A stretch of DNA of 64,000 nt. Origin: Pseudomonadota bacterium (lineage in GTDB: Bacteria > Pseudomonadota > Gammaproteobacteria > Acidiferrobacterales > UBA6901). The notes beneath the pieces are model-generated. The model was not told where the DNA came from. It ran no database searches and saw nothing but the letters and a program-made list of their open reading frames with translations. Location: assembly GCA_021819085.1 (NCBI GenBank), contig JAKASJ010000004.1, positions 12,728 through 76,727 of the forward strand, in the 5' to 3' direction. This document shows, in pieces, positions 26,814 through 36,721 of the stretch (position 1 is its first letter; every line of letters begins with the position of its first letter). A program made the translations under genes and the position numbers.

Positions 26814-27818
26814 GAGTTCACCTCCTTGTGAAGGGCCTGGTGATGTTGGCAGAAATCACAGTGCCGGTACGATCCAGCAAGCCAGGGTCGCGGTACAAAC
26901 ACGCCGGTGATTCTCCCTGATGATGCCCGGCCGGTGCCGGCGTCGGGACATCGTCATCGGATCGGAAAGACTGTGGATTTAGATAGATTATAGTTCAGAT
27001 TTGCTGCGAAAAAATAATTGCCGGACGAGCAGGCGATAAGGCGCGATCACCGACCAATGTCGGCAACGCACCGGGCAGTGGCGTTTATGTCAACGCCTTT
27101 CGCAGGCTGTAATAACATTCCTAATAGAATCGCTGCCTTTCGGATATTACGCATAAACCGTATGGTTTCCTGTTGCGCTAGGCCAATGCATGCGCTTCGG
27201 GGGAGGCGTATTTGCCTAACTCCACACCACACATTTCTTCACTTGTGACGTCTGGGCAGGCATCACGTGTCGCATGCGCGACAGAGATCAGACGCCGTGA
27301 TCGGGGGGCACGAATCACCGAGGTGCGGAGTCTGCGGAAAATCGGAAGTCCCGTGGCTCTCCGGACCCCCCCGGCGTGTACCCTGATCCCGGTCCGCGGC
27401 TTCTGGACGACCGGGGTCGGCGGTTTCGCCCTGAGCTTACGGCGGTCTCCGCAGTCGGACATCAAAAAACAAGGGCGGTTACACGTTGCCATAACCGCAT
27501 GCAATGGGCAGTCTGCGCGTTTTCATGGCCGGGCATGATGCGCGCGCCGATGGGCATGCGCATCGGTCGCTGACAAGGGGTGGCAGATCGTGTGATTGTC
27601 GCGTTATCATTCACACGAACTCCGTCTGCCAGCGTTGATCCGTGTCGCTATATGGGCCGATGTGTTCGCAAGAGGAACTAAATTTCCGGTGTGCTGTCTT
27701 TCAGTCTCAAGGACTCGTCAGGCTGGCGGGGGGAATGCATACTCCATCAATGAGCAGGCGAATTGCCGCATATTTTCCCGGCGCGGACGCTGCGCACATG
27801 AGCTGTGTCATTTCGACC

Positions 27819-28118
27819 ATGCGACGGATGCGCTGGTTCAGATGGACCGCATTCCTGGCTCTGCTTTGCGCCATCGGCCTCTACGCCGCGGAGGCTTCGC
27901 ATCACCACAAGACGCAGGCCGGCGAGCTCCGCTGTCCGGTGTGCCATACGATTGCCCACGGCGCGCTGGATGTCTTCGTCCCCGGGGCCGATTCGGCTCC
28001 CCAGTTCGGAAGCGGATATCTGCTCATGCTGTGGCGTGCCCGGCAGATTTTCCTTCCGCAATCCTTTACTGTCCGTCCGCAGTCGCGGGCTCCGCCGTTT
28101 CTCTTTTTCATTCCCTAG
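27819..28118 (+). CDS. Small membrane-anchored Cys/His protein, DUF2946-like
   Basis: Internal ATG 27819 of track ORF 27642. MRRMRWFRWTAFLALLCAIGLYAAEASHHHK...CPVCHTIAHGA...SRAPPF. The N-terminal TM, CxxC/His and C-terminal RAPP tail match my recollection of DUF2946 proteins found beside copper genes. Confidence 0.4.
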   Translation: MRRMRWFRWTAFLALLCAIGLYAAEASHHHKTQAGELRCPVCHTIAHGALDVFVPGADSAPQFGSGYLLMLWRARQIFLPQSFTVRPQSRAPPFLFFIP

Positions 28119-28412
28119 ACTCCTGTTTACACCAAGTGCTGACTGCGGCGTGATGCGCTGCGGTTGATGTCGATGCAGGGTCCATGCTGATCCGGCGGGT
28201 CGTTGCCGGAGTGTTGCGGCAGGGTAGCTCAGCGAACGTCACCCCAGTGGCAGTCGTTCACTGGCCGCTTGCGTTGCATCCAGACCGTCTCGGCGGCAGG
28301 CCCTCCCGCGGACCCGGGACGGAATCAGTGTGCGTCCTGGAGAAACGGGTTGTGACCCTGCGCATTGCAGGGTGGATTGGACAATTAACAATCAACGAAG
28401 AGGTCGATACCC

Positions 28413-28934
28413 ATGAAAAGCATTTCGAGATTCCTTGCAGCAGGTGCCGCGCTGGTCGTTCTGGCTGTCCCGCTTGCGCAAGCCAGCGGTATGGCGGACA
28501 TGTCGGGAATGTCTGGGCACGGATCCAAGAGTGACCACTACGGGGTGCCCGGGCTGGTACAGGCGGTAACCAGAACGGTGAAGATCGCGACGCTCGATAC
28601 CATGCGCTTCTCGCCTTCTCGGGTCGACGTGCGCCCAGGACAGACGGTGCGCTTCGTCATCCATAACGGCGGGCGGATTACGCACGAATTCGTCATCGGT
28701 GACCGTGCCGAACAGCGTGCCCATGAGGCCGAGATGGAAGCGCACCCCGGTATGAAGATGGACCATGACCCCAACGGATTGACGCTACCGCCAGGCAGCA
28801 CTCGCACCCTCATTTGGCGTTTCCCGCGGCATGCCATGACTTTGGAATACGCCTGCCATGAGCCCGGGCACTTTGCCGCCGGTATGGTGGGATATATCCA
28901 TGTGCGCGGCCCGGCAGTAAGGACCGCACGGTGA
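28413..28934 (+). CDS. Periplasmic cupredoxin with Met/His-rich N-terminal tract (CopI-like)
   Basis: Signal peptide ending LAQA-SG, then MADMSGMSGHGSKSDH. Type-1 Cu ligand set: H in ITHEFVIG and C-x4-H-x4-M in YACHEPGHFAAGM. Confidence 0.75.
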   Translation: MKSISRFLAAGAALVVLAVPLAQASGMADMSGMSGHGSKSDHYGVPGLVQAVTRTVKIATLDTMRFSPSRVDVRPGQTVRFVIHNGGRITHEFVIGDRAEQRAHEAEMEAHPGMKMDHDPNGLTLPPGSTRTLIWRFPRHAMTLEYACHEPGHFAAGMVGYIHVRGPAVRTAR

Positions 28935-29818
28935 CTCGGTGGCGCGTACTCGGTGTACCGCTTATCGTATCGCTGCTTGCAGCGGGCATCGCACCTGTGG
29001 CACACGCCCATGCCATCGCCGGCATGCGCGTATTTCCGGCCACGATGAGCTTCGATGATCCCGGTGTGGCCGATGAGGGCTCGTGGGTTTTCAATCACAT
29101 CGACAACGGGGGAACGGGTCAGGATACGCTTAATTTGGCATTCGCCAAGCGTCTGACCAGACGCTTCGGTGTGGTGGCCAGCACCGACTACCAGCGTTTG
29201 CTGTTCGGGAGTGGAGTCCCGAATGCCGAGGGCTGGGACAACACGACGGTGGCCGGCTCCTATCAGCTGTTTGTGAATCCGGGCGCGGAGTCGATAGGGA
29301 TGCTGCAATTCGCCGACACCATCGGCCATAGCGGCAGCCGAAGCATCGGTGCGCCGTACTCGATCTACGCTCCCGAATTCGCGTTCGGGAAGGGCTTCGG
29401 CGGCCTGTCGCATCGCTGGCGGATGCTGCGGCCAATGGCGTTCACGGCCGCCATGTCCGAGGATTTTCCCTCGGATCCGACGGTTCCGCACATGCTGAAC
29501 TGGAGTTTCTCGCTGCAATACAGCATTCCCTATCTGCAGGACTTCGTGCGCGATGTGGGCATCAAGGGGCCGTTCAGGAACATGGTGCCGATCATCGAGG
29601 TCCCCATGCAGACCTGCCTCGATCGCGGATGCGCTGATCAGACCACCGGTTACATAAACCCCGGAGTCATCTGGGTCGGGCATGACCTGCAATGGGGAGT
29701 TGAGGCGCAGGTCCCGGTAAACAGCCGTACCGGCAATTCGGCTGGAATCCTGCTGGGCATGGATTTCTATTTCGACGACATCGCACCACACAGTCTGGGT
29801 GCGCCACTGTTCAATTGA
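28931..29818 (+). CDS. Secreted, probably outer-membrane beta-barrel-like protein of unknown function
   Basis: GTG 28931 overlaps the cupredoxin TGA (GTGA). Signal peptide LLAAGIAPVAHA-HA. Alternating hydrophobic pattern throughout and an aromatic-rich C-terminal end (...GAPLFN). No family recognised with confidence. Confidence 0.5.
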   Translation: MTRWRVLGVPLIVSLLAAGIAPVAHAHAIAGMRVFPATMSFDDPGVADEGSWVFNHIDNGGTGQDTLNLAFAKRLTRRFGVVASTDYQRLLFGSGVPNAEGWDNTTVAGSYQLFVNPGAESIGMLQFADTIGHSGSRSIGAPYSIYAPEFAFGKGFGGLSHRWRMLRPMAFTAAMSEDFPSDPTVPHMLNWSFSLQYSIPYLQDFVRDVGIKGPFRNMVPIIEVPMQTCLDRGCADQTTGYINPGVIWVGHDLQWGVEAQVPVNSRTGNSAGILLGMDFYFDDIAPHSLGAPLFN

Positions 29819-29838
29819 ATAACGGAGACGGCAGCGTC

Positions 29839-30210
29839 ATGGCTAAAGTGCGCATCGTGCAGTTCGCAATCGGCCTGTTCGTCCTGTTGCTGGCTACCCA
29901 AGTGGCGAAAGCCCATGCCTTTCCGGACCACTCATTGCCCAAAGTGGGGTCGGAACTGGCCAGCGCGCCGACGTCAGTGCGCATCTGGTTCGATGGGGAC
30001 ATCGAGCCGGTATTCTCGACGCTGATCGTTAAGACTGCGACGGGCACGCAAGTGAGCACCGGTCGGGGCCGGGTTTCTGCATCCAACAGTACACTGCTCG
30101 AAACGGACCTGCCGAAGAAGCTGGTGCCGGGAAAATACTATGTCTACTGGAGCGTCATCGCGCGCGATGGCCATCATACCGAAGGGCGTTTTCCGTTCCG
30201 GGTAAAGTGA
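29839..30210 (+). CDS. copC: Copper resistance protein CopC (periplasmic Cu chaperone)
   Basis: ATG 29839 within track ORF 29815. The signal peptide is cleaved to give an N-terminal His (AKA-HAFPDHSLP), as in the CopC His-brace. ...YYVYWSVIARDGHHTEGRFPFRV is the typical CopC C-terminus. Confidence 0.85.
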   Translation: MAKVRIVQFAIGLFVLLLATQVAKAHAFPDHSLPKVGSELASAPTSVRIWFDGDIEPVFSTLIVKTATGTQVSTGRGRVSASNSTLLETDLPKKLVPGKYYVYWSVIARDGHHTEGRFPFRVK

Positions 30211-30225
30211 GAAAGGGATTGTTTT

Positions 30226-31329
30226 ATGCATATGCATCCGCTGTATATCGGCTTCACGGCGCTGGACGTTCTGTCTGTGGTTGCGGTGCTTGGATTGCTC
30301 GCATGCTGGCTCGGGGTGCTGCCGCAGGCGCCTGTAGCGCGGGTCGATGCGGCGATGTCGCGTCTGCTCGCTATGGCGGCCGTGTTGCTCACACTCAGCA
30401 GCGTCGGGATTCTCATTGCCAGGACGCTTGAAATGGAAGGTGGCCGGTGGACGGGGCTGCTGTCCGCGTTACCGATCGTGCTGAAGGTCACACATTACGG
30501 GCATATCTGGAGCTTTCGCCTTCCGGCGCTGGCTCTGTTGTGGTACGGATGGCGCAAGATCGGGCAGCATGAACGGCGTGCGTGGCCGGCGTGGCTCATG
30601 GTGGCAGCCGCGGCGGCCATTGCGCTCACGCGCAGCGAAACCGGCCATCCGGCCGACAACGGCGACTTCACCCTGGCGGTGTGGATAGACTGGGTGCATC
30701 TGCTGGCTGGATCCGCATGGGTCGGAAGCCTGTTAGGCATGTCGCTTGCCGTTTTTCCGCAGCTCCTGGCGCAGGCGCAGAATCCACCGTTGCTCGCCGC
30801 CGAGATTTTCGAGCGCCTTTCCAGACTCGCGGGATTCGCGCTCGGCGCCGTTCTGCTCACAGGAGCCTATACGGCCTGGCACGAACTCGGAAGCTGGGAG
30901 TCATTATGGGATTCGCAGTACGGGAGGATCCTCACGGTGAAGCTGTTGCTCGTAGCCGGCATGACCGCCCTTGGCGCAAGAAACCGGTACGGCCATCTGC
31001 CGAATCTGCAGCGGTTGTCGGGACGGCCGTCGCGTCGGCTGCGGCTGCTATGCCATTTCGGCACAGCAAGCGACAAACACAAGGCCACGCGGCCATCCGA
31101 GGAGGCGGCGGTTCGGGCCTGCTTCCGGACGGTCAGCATCGAGGGCCTGCTGGGGCTGGGTGTGATTCTGGCTGCATCGGCGCTGCTTCACAGCATGCCG
31201 GCATCCGAAATGAAAAACGCGCCAACCTCACAGCTGTCCCGGCCGGCATCGCTGGTGCTTGCGGAACACGCGCTGCCGGGAACAACCAGCATCAGGCTGC
31301 GGCTTTCTGGCGCACCTGGGCGTTCTTGA
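30226..31329 (+). CDS. copD: Copper resistance protein CopD (inner membrane)
   Basis: 367 aa with ~8 TM, immediately after copC. HYGHIWSFRLPAL and WVHLLAGSAWVGSLL are CopD-like. The last ~40 codons overlap the convergent ankyrin gene by 38 nt, so the true stop or tail is uncertain. Confidence 0.8.
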   Translation: MHMHPLYIGFTALDVLSVVAVLGLLACWLGVLPQAPVARVDAAMSRLLAMAAVLLTLSSVGILIARTLEMEGGRWTGLLSALPIVLKVTHYGHIWSFRLPALALLWYGWRKIGQHERRAWPAWLMVAAAAAIALTRSETGHPADNGDFTLAVWIDWVHLLAGSAWVGSLLGMSLAVFPQLLAQAQNPPLLAAEIFERLSRLAGFALGAVLLTGAYTAWHELGSWESLWDSQYGRILTVKLLLVAGMTALGARNRYGHLPNLQRLSGRPSRRLRLLCHFGTASDKHKATRPSEEAAVRACFRTVSIEGLLGLGVILAASALLHSMPASEMKNAPTSQLSRPASLVLAEHALPGTTSIRLRLSGAPGRS

Positions 31330-31960
31330 TGAGAATGGCGGTCTGAGTGAACCCACCCTTGGTTGCCACTGTCAGCGCCGTGTTGCCGGCACCGTCGGTG
31401 GCATCCACTGCCGCGCCGTTGTCGAGCAGGAGCTTGACGACCAGAGCATGCCCATGCGAAGCGGCTAACACCAGCGGCAAATGGCCATTTTCATCCCGGA
31501 AGTTCGGATTGATGCCGGCGCTGACAAGCGAATAGACCATGGACGCGTGGCCTTTTTGTGCCGCATGGCACAGCGCGCGCGCCCCGTGGGCGCTGTTGAT
31601 CTGCGCGATCGGTTTCACCCCCTTCGGCAGCTTCAGCGCGAAGTTTATGAAAGAAGTGATAACCATGGCGACCAGCGCAAAGAGCATGATATGCGGATCA
31701 ACGCCGAGTCGCTGGGCGATATCGCTGGGAAGGTTTGCACCAATGGCGAGGATCGCGATTACGAGGATCAGCGCAAACTTGAGATAGCGGACGAGCGATA
31801 CGCCGATGATGGCTATCAATCCAATGAGCAGGTAGTCTTTGTTCAGCCCGATGCCCTTGGATATCCTGTCGGGAAGGTTGGCGCCGATGCTCATCAGAGT
31901 GACCAGCACTATGATTGTGACGTCCTGGGCCCAGGACGAATATTTTTTTATTTGTACCAT
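31292..31960 (-). CDS. Membrane-anchored ankyrin-repeat protein
   Basis: 222 aa. The N-terminal ~110 aa have 3-4 TM helices with an internal duplication (SIGANLPDRISKGIGLNKD / AIGANLPSDIAQRLGVDPH). The C-terminus has ~3 ankyrin repeats (GHASMVYSLVSAGINPNFRDENGHLPLVLAASHGHALVVKLLLDNGAAVDATDGAGNTALTVA). Confidence 0.7.
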   Translation of the reverse strand: MVQIKKYSSWAQDVTIIVLVTLMSIGANLPDRISKGIGLNKDYLLIGLIAIIGVSLVRYLKFALILVIAILAIGANLPSDIAQRLGVDPHIMLFALVAMVITSFINFALKLPKGVKPIAQINSAHGARALCHAAQKGHASMVYSLVSAGINPNFRDENGHLPLVLAASHGHALVVKLLLDNGAAVDATDGAGNTALTVATKGGFTQTAILIKNAQVRQKAAA

Positions 31961-32172
31961 TACCCCGCCTCCCCTTTGACCAGGACCTATAGTTCATACA
32001 GTTAGCAAAGGTTGTGCCAATTTTTAACCCTATAATGGCACACAGCATCCGGGCCGGCACGCGAACCCGATCCCGTGCGACCGTAACACTAACGGGTCCT
32101 CCGGCGAAAATCCATCGCGATGGGGCCGGGACAGAAGTCGATTCCAGCCGGGGCATCGCAGCTTCGGGTTCC

Positions 32173-32601
32173 CTAATGCCCGAGTACCCGCGACTCAGCC
32201 CAATCCAGGATCGGCCGCAGGCGTGCCGACAGCAGCCCATGCGCGTCACGATAGCTGAGCCAGCGGTATTCATGATGTTCCGGGCGTCCCAGTTCGCGGC
32301 TTACCGGAAGCGTGAGATTCTCCTTCCGGGTCCGTGCAACATAGTAGCGCGCCACTTTGCCCCGTCCGTACGGACCGGTCTCTCGGTAAGCGGTCCCCCA
32401 GGGGAAGCTGAGGTCGGAAATGCCGGTTTCCTCCAGCGTTTCCCGGATTGCTGCCTGCAGGTCCTGTTCTCCGGCCTCCACCTGGCCTTTCGGGAAATCC
32501 CAGTTTGCGTAAGCACGCAGCACCAGAAAGCGCCATGATTGACCGCTTTTCCGCACCACGACAACGCCTGCCGAGCGCATCGTGACTGCAGTGCCTGCCA
32601 T
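32173..32601 (-). CDS. NUDIX hydrolase
   Basis: Start moved to ATG 32601 (M72 of the track ORF). Nudix box GQVEAGEQDLQAAIRETLEETG, preceded by WDFPKG. Confidence 0.8.
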   Translation of the reverse strand: MAGTAVTMRSAGVVVVRKSGQSWRFLVLRAYANWDFPKGQVEAGEQDLQAAIRETLEETGISDLSFPWGTAYRETGPYGRGKVARYYVARTRKENLTLPVSRELGRPEHHEYRWLSYRDAHGLLSARLRPILDWAESRVLGH

Positions 32602-33264
32602 TGTGCCTACCCCGTTCAACGTTTTGGTTCCGGCCGCAAAGCGCGGGGAGCGCAGGGCCGGGACCAGGCAATGGCATGGATACGGAGTGTGTTGTGCAGG
32701 TGGATAGGCGCGCGAGGGTTCACAGGATGTTCCGGAATTCCGTTCCGGATAGCTTGTCTGCGACCGTGGCCGCAGGACTTGGCAAATGCTGCCGCCAGGC
32801 CGACTGCCTTGCATGGCTCGGGACGGTACCGGGAAGCACCTGCGCAGTCAGGATCGTGGCTGGAACCATGGGCGGGTGCCGGTCACCCGGGAATCCCCGG
32901 GGTTCGCCATGCTTGCGGGTTTCGGAGCAGCGGATCGCAGGAATGTGGCGGCGCAGGCTGACGCGCGCCGGCCTGACCGCTTCAGGGACACACACGCCCA
33001 TGGTCTTCTTTCCTTGTCCGTGCTCATTCGGGCGACCGGTGGCGGAATCCGTGGGTAGTCGCCTTTTTCGAATATATATCAGTCCGCTGCGGTGCGCACA
33101 GCCGGATCACCAGGAAATTGCCGGGTTGATGGCTTGCGCCGGGGGCAACAGCCGGGCAAATTCGCGAGAAAACCGACAGGGCGGGGCAGTCTCAGTGGAC
33201 GGACGGGGGCGAAGAAGCCTGGTGGCAGCTCAGACGGTCTGCGGTAACCCGGCCCGGCACGTTC

Positions 33265-34662
33265 TCAGGTTCCGGCAAGAACGATGCCTGTCTGAGCGGG
33301 TGTGCCGGCAGCGTGGCGGGCAGAGGCGCTGCTGAGCTGATCGATCAGCGCGAACAGGCGCTGGCTCTCGGATTCCAGTTCCCGGTACAGATCAAGCATC
33401 ACATCGCGCGACGCGTTACCGCGGGATTTTGCGATCTCGCGGCCGATAGCGTGTGTGCGCGCATGCACTGCTTCCAGCTCGCTAAAGGCACGCAGGTCAG
33501 CGAAGCGCGTCCTGCCCTCGCCGTAATACCAGCGGCCGAGTCCACATTGTGTGTGATCGACAAGTTCCGACGCCTTCATGTCGGCGTCTCCGTGCACGAC
33601 ATCCGCAAGGCGCGCCTTCCAAAGAAGATGGTCGGCCTTGACCGATTCGAAGAAGACCTTCTCCGGACCCTGCTGCGAAATGGTGAAAAGCTGACGTCCC
33701 ATCGTTGCGTTGACGGAGCGCACGAGATCATTGATCTGCTCCACATCGACGCCTTCGCGCTGCAGTGAGGCGGTGATCTCGGAAAGGCTGCGGGCCATTT
33801 CGGCGGAAACCGAACTTTGCTCCTCAGCAGCTGCCGCGATTTGGTGGACACGGTCATTGACGTCCTGGGCGACGTGCGCACTTTCACCGAGCGCGCCAGC
33901 GACTGTTTCAAGGGCGCCTACACTTTTGCTAAGCCGCGCAAGACTCGTCAGGAGCGATTCGTCAGCCTTGGAGATAAGCTCGTTCATGGTGGCCGTCACG
34001 GACTCTATTTCCCCGGTCGCGAGCGTCGTCTTTTCGGCCAGTTTTTTTACTTCGTCCGCGACCACAGCAAAGCCCCGGCCTGCATCCCCGGCACGCGCCG
34101 CCTCGATCGCCGCATTGAGTGCGAGCAGGTTTGTCTGCCGTGCGATGTCTCGCACACTGCTGGTCAGCTTCCCGATCCTCTGGTTGAAATCGAGAAACTC
34201 CTTCATGTTCGAGCCCATTGAGGATACGGCCTGTCCCAGGAGATTCATGTCCTCGGTAAGCAGCTTGACGGACGAGTCGCCCGCTGCGCATTTGGCACGG
34301 CTTTCGTCGGCACGAGCGGCGGCCTCCTGTGCGTTTTTCGAAATTTCGGTGGCGGTATTCGCCATCTCCTCGACCGCTGCGGCGACACTCGTGACCTGGT
34401 CCAGGGAAGTATCGATTTCACGGGTAAACGCGACGGTTTTGATCAGTACTGACACGCCCTGATTGAGCGCCGACACGGATTGCTGGGCGGACTCGATAAG
34501 GCTTGCATTGCGCGCATCGATGATCCCGAGAATCGGGGAAAGACCCGCCGCCGTAGCTGAGGGACGTTGCAAGAACTTCAGGACCGCGTCACGGTCGGCG
34601 GCGAATGCTGCCTGCAGGAGAGAGAGCGCGAGACTGGTTCTCAGGAAAAATGGCTGGGCCAC
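33265..34662 (-). CDS. Soluble methyl-accepting chemotaxis protein with C-terminal CZB (chemoreceptor zinc-binding) domain
   Basis: Start set to in-frame GTG 34662, with GGAGG 7 nt upstream. MCP signalling hairpin [41 protein letters not shown] motif H-LLW...C-GLG-RW...H-ART-H. No TM segment seen. Confidence 0.8.
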   Translation of the reverse strand: MAQPFFLRTSLALSLLQAAFAADRDAVLKFLQRPSATAAGLSPILGIIDARNASLIESAQQSVSALNQGVSVLIKTVAFTREIDTSLDQVTSVAAAVEEMANTATEISKNAQEAAARADESRAKCAAGDSSVKLLTEDMNLLGQAVSSMGSNMKEFLDFNQRIGKLTSSVRDIARQTNLLALNAAIEAARAGDAGRGFAVVADEVKKLAEKTTLATGEIESVTATMNELISKADESLLTSLARLSKSVGALETVAGALGESAHVAQDVNDRVHQIAAAAEEQSSVSAEMARSLSEITASLQREGVDVEQINDLVRSVNATMGRQLFTISQQGPEKVFFESVKADHLLWKARLADVVHGDADMKASELVDHTQCGLGRWYYGEGRTRFADLRAFSELEAVHARTHAIGREIAKSRGNASRDVMLDLYRELESESQRLFALIDQLSSASARHAAGTPAQTGIVLAGT

Positions 34663-35554
34663 GTGATTGCCTCCGTATTGCTGCCTGCACCGCCGCCGAC
34701 TTGCGGAAAAAACAAACTGGCCCGTACTGGCCTTGCAACAGCGATGGCAGTCGTCCGTTCCGTGGGTCTGTTCTCGCTTGCCAGGCCGGGAGCGTTCCAG
34801 CGTCCGAGTCTTCTTTCGAGTTATCGGATGCGGCACGGAAAACATTAGCATTCTGGATTCAGTGTAAGCCGGACGAGGAGGCGAAGTGGCCCTGTTTCGG
34901 GCATCGGTTCCAGGCGGAGCTGGTGCCTCGGCCCGGGCGCACCGGATGCGGATGAGGCAGATTCGCGAGGGGTTGTCTTCGATTCCAACCGGGCGGGGAC
35001 AAATCAGTCCTCTGGCATGAATCATAAAGCCGGCCACGGCCAGTCCGGCGTGCTCCTGACCTTGAACCGTCACGCGCCGAGATGAGACCCAGTTGGGTCG
35101 CCGTCGACCGCCAGTTGACGAAGGACTGGCGCGATCTGTAAATGCCGTTGCAGCTGTCAGTTTGGCCCGTGTGCGTGTGCATACCGCCGTCTCCGGGGCC
35201 GGAGTAAATGATAACGGGGAAGGGCGGGTTCTTGACGTTTGCGATGGGCCAATCCTCAAAGTAAATGCGAAGACACCAGGGAATGTACGGGATTCAGGTT
35301 CCCGATAATGGGAATGCCACTCGCGCCCGATATCTGGCCACGGACAGGTTTGGGATATCATTTTCCGGGCGCATCCTGGTTTGTGTCAGCGCCGCCGATG
35401 AACTACCGGTCGGTGAAGATGCCGGTCGGCGCGAGCTGGGTCTTTATTAAAGTCTGGCTCTGCTCCGGGTGCGGCCGGGGATGGCTTCAGGTGCGTGACG
35501 ACAGCCGGCAGCGTCCGCCGCGGAGCGCCGAGCAAAATAAGGAGGGAATGTGTA

Positions 35555-36721
35555 ATGAGCAGAATACGGGTCCTGGTCGGCACCCGGAAGGGTGCGTTCC
35601 TTCTTACCTCGGACGGCAAGCGCAGGAGCTGGTCGATCATCGGCCCGCTCTTTGCGGGGTGGGAAATCTATCATATGAAGGGTTCACCGCTCGATCCCGA
35701 CCGTATTTACGCGTCGCAGACTAGCAGCTGGTTCGGCCAGGTCATCCAGCGTTCTGATGATGGCGGCAGGACCTGGGGAACGCCCGGCAGCGAACCTGGA
35801 CAGCTGACCGGCGCGGATGGATTCCCCAGGGGCGAGAGCAATAAGTTCGTCTACGCCGGTGAGGTCGGGACGCACAAATGGTATGACGGTACGCAGCGCC
35901 CATGGGAGTTCAAGCGGGTGTGGCACCTGGAGCCGTCCCTGACCGACCCCGACACCGTCTACGCGGGCACGGAAGACGCCGCGATCTTCAAGACATCGAA
36001 CGGCGGCAAGACCTGGAAGGAGCTTTCGGCTTTGCGCAGCGCCAAAGGCCATCTCTGGCAGCCTGGCGCCGGCGGTATGGCCACGCACACCATCATTGTG
36101 GATCCACGCAATGCAGACCGGATGTTCGTCGCTATCTCTGCCGCGGGCGTTTTCCGCACCGATGATGGCGGCAGGACGTGGATGCCCACGAATCGCGGAT
36201 TGTTGTCGAAATACGAACTTCCGGACCCAAGCGCCGAAGTAGGGCACTGTGTCCACCGGATCGCGATGCATCCGTCACGTCCGGACGTTCTGTTCATGCA
36301 AAAGCACTGGGACGTGATGCGTACCGACAATGCCGGGGAATCGTGGATCGAAGTGAGCGGAAATTTGCCCTCTGACTTCGGATTTCCGATCGAGGTGCAT
36401 GCGCATGAGCCGGAGACCATATTTGTCGTGCCAATCAAGAGCGATTCGGAACATTATCCGGTGGACGGCCGCTTGCGTGTGTATCGAAGCCGCAGCGGCG
36501 GCCATGAGTGGGAGGCGCTAACCAAGGGGCTTCCGCAACGGGATTGCTATGTGAACGTGCTGCGCGAGGCGATGTCTGTGGATTCCCTGGACCCCTGCGG
36601 CATCTATTTCGGAACGACCGGAGGGCAGGTCTATGTTTCGGCTGATGGCGGGGACTCATGGGACCCCATTGCCTGTCATCTGCCGGCTGTTCTGTCGGTC
36701 GAAGCGCAGGTGCTGCCGTGA
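35555..36721 (+). CDS. BNR/Asp-box repeat beta-propeller protein (sialidase-like fold, function unknown)
   Basis: ATG 35555 with AAGGAGG upstream. Repeated S-x-D-x-G-x-T-W boxes: [48 protein letters not shown]. Confidence 0.7.
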   Translation: MSRIRVLVGTRKGAFLLTSDGKRRSWSIIGPLFAGWEIYHMKGSPLDPDRIYASQTSSWFGQVIQRSDDGGRTWGTPGSEPGQLTGADGFPRGESNKFVYAGEVGTHKWYDGTQRPWEFKRVWHLEPSLTDPDTVYAGTEDAAIFKTSNGGKTWKELSALRSAKGHLWQPGAGGMATHTIIVDPRNADRMFVAISAAGVFRTDDGGRTWMPTNRGLLSKYELPDPSAEVGHCVHRIAMHPSRPDVLFMQKHWDVMRTDNAGESWIEVSGNLPSDFGFPIEVHAHEPETIFVVPIKSDSEHYPVDGRLRVYRSRSGGHEWEALTKGLPQRDCYVNVLREAMSVDSLDPCGIYFGTTGGQVYVSADGGDSWDPIACHLPAVLSVEAQVLP

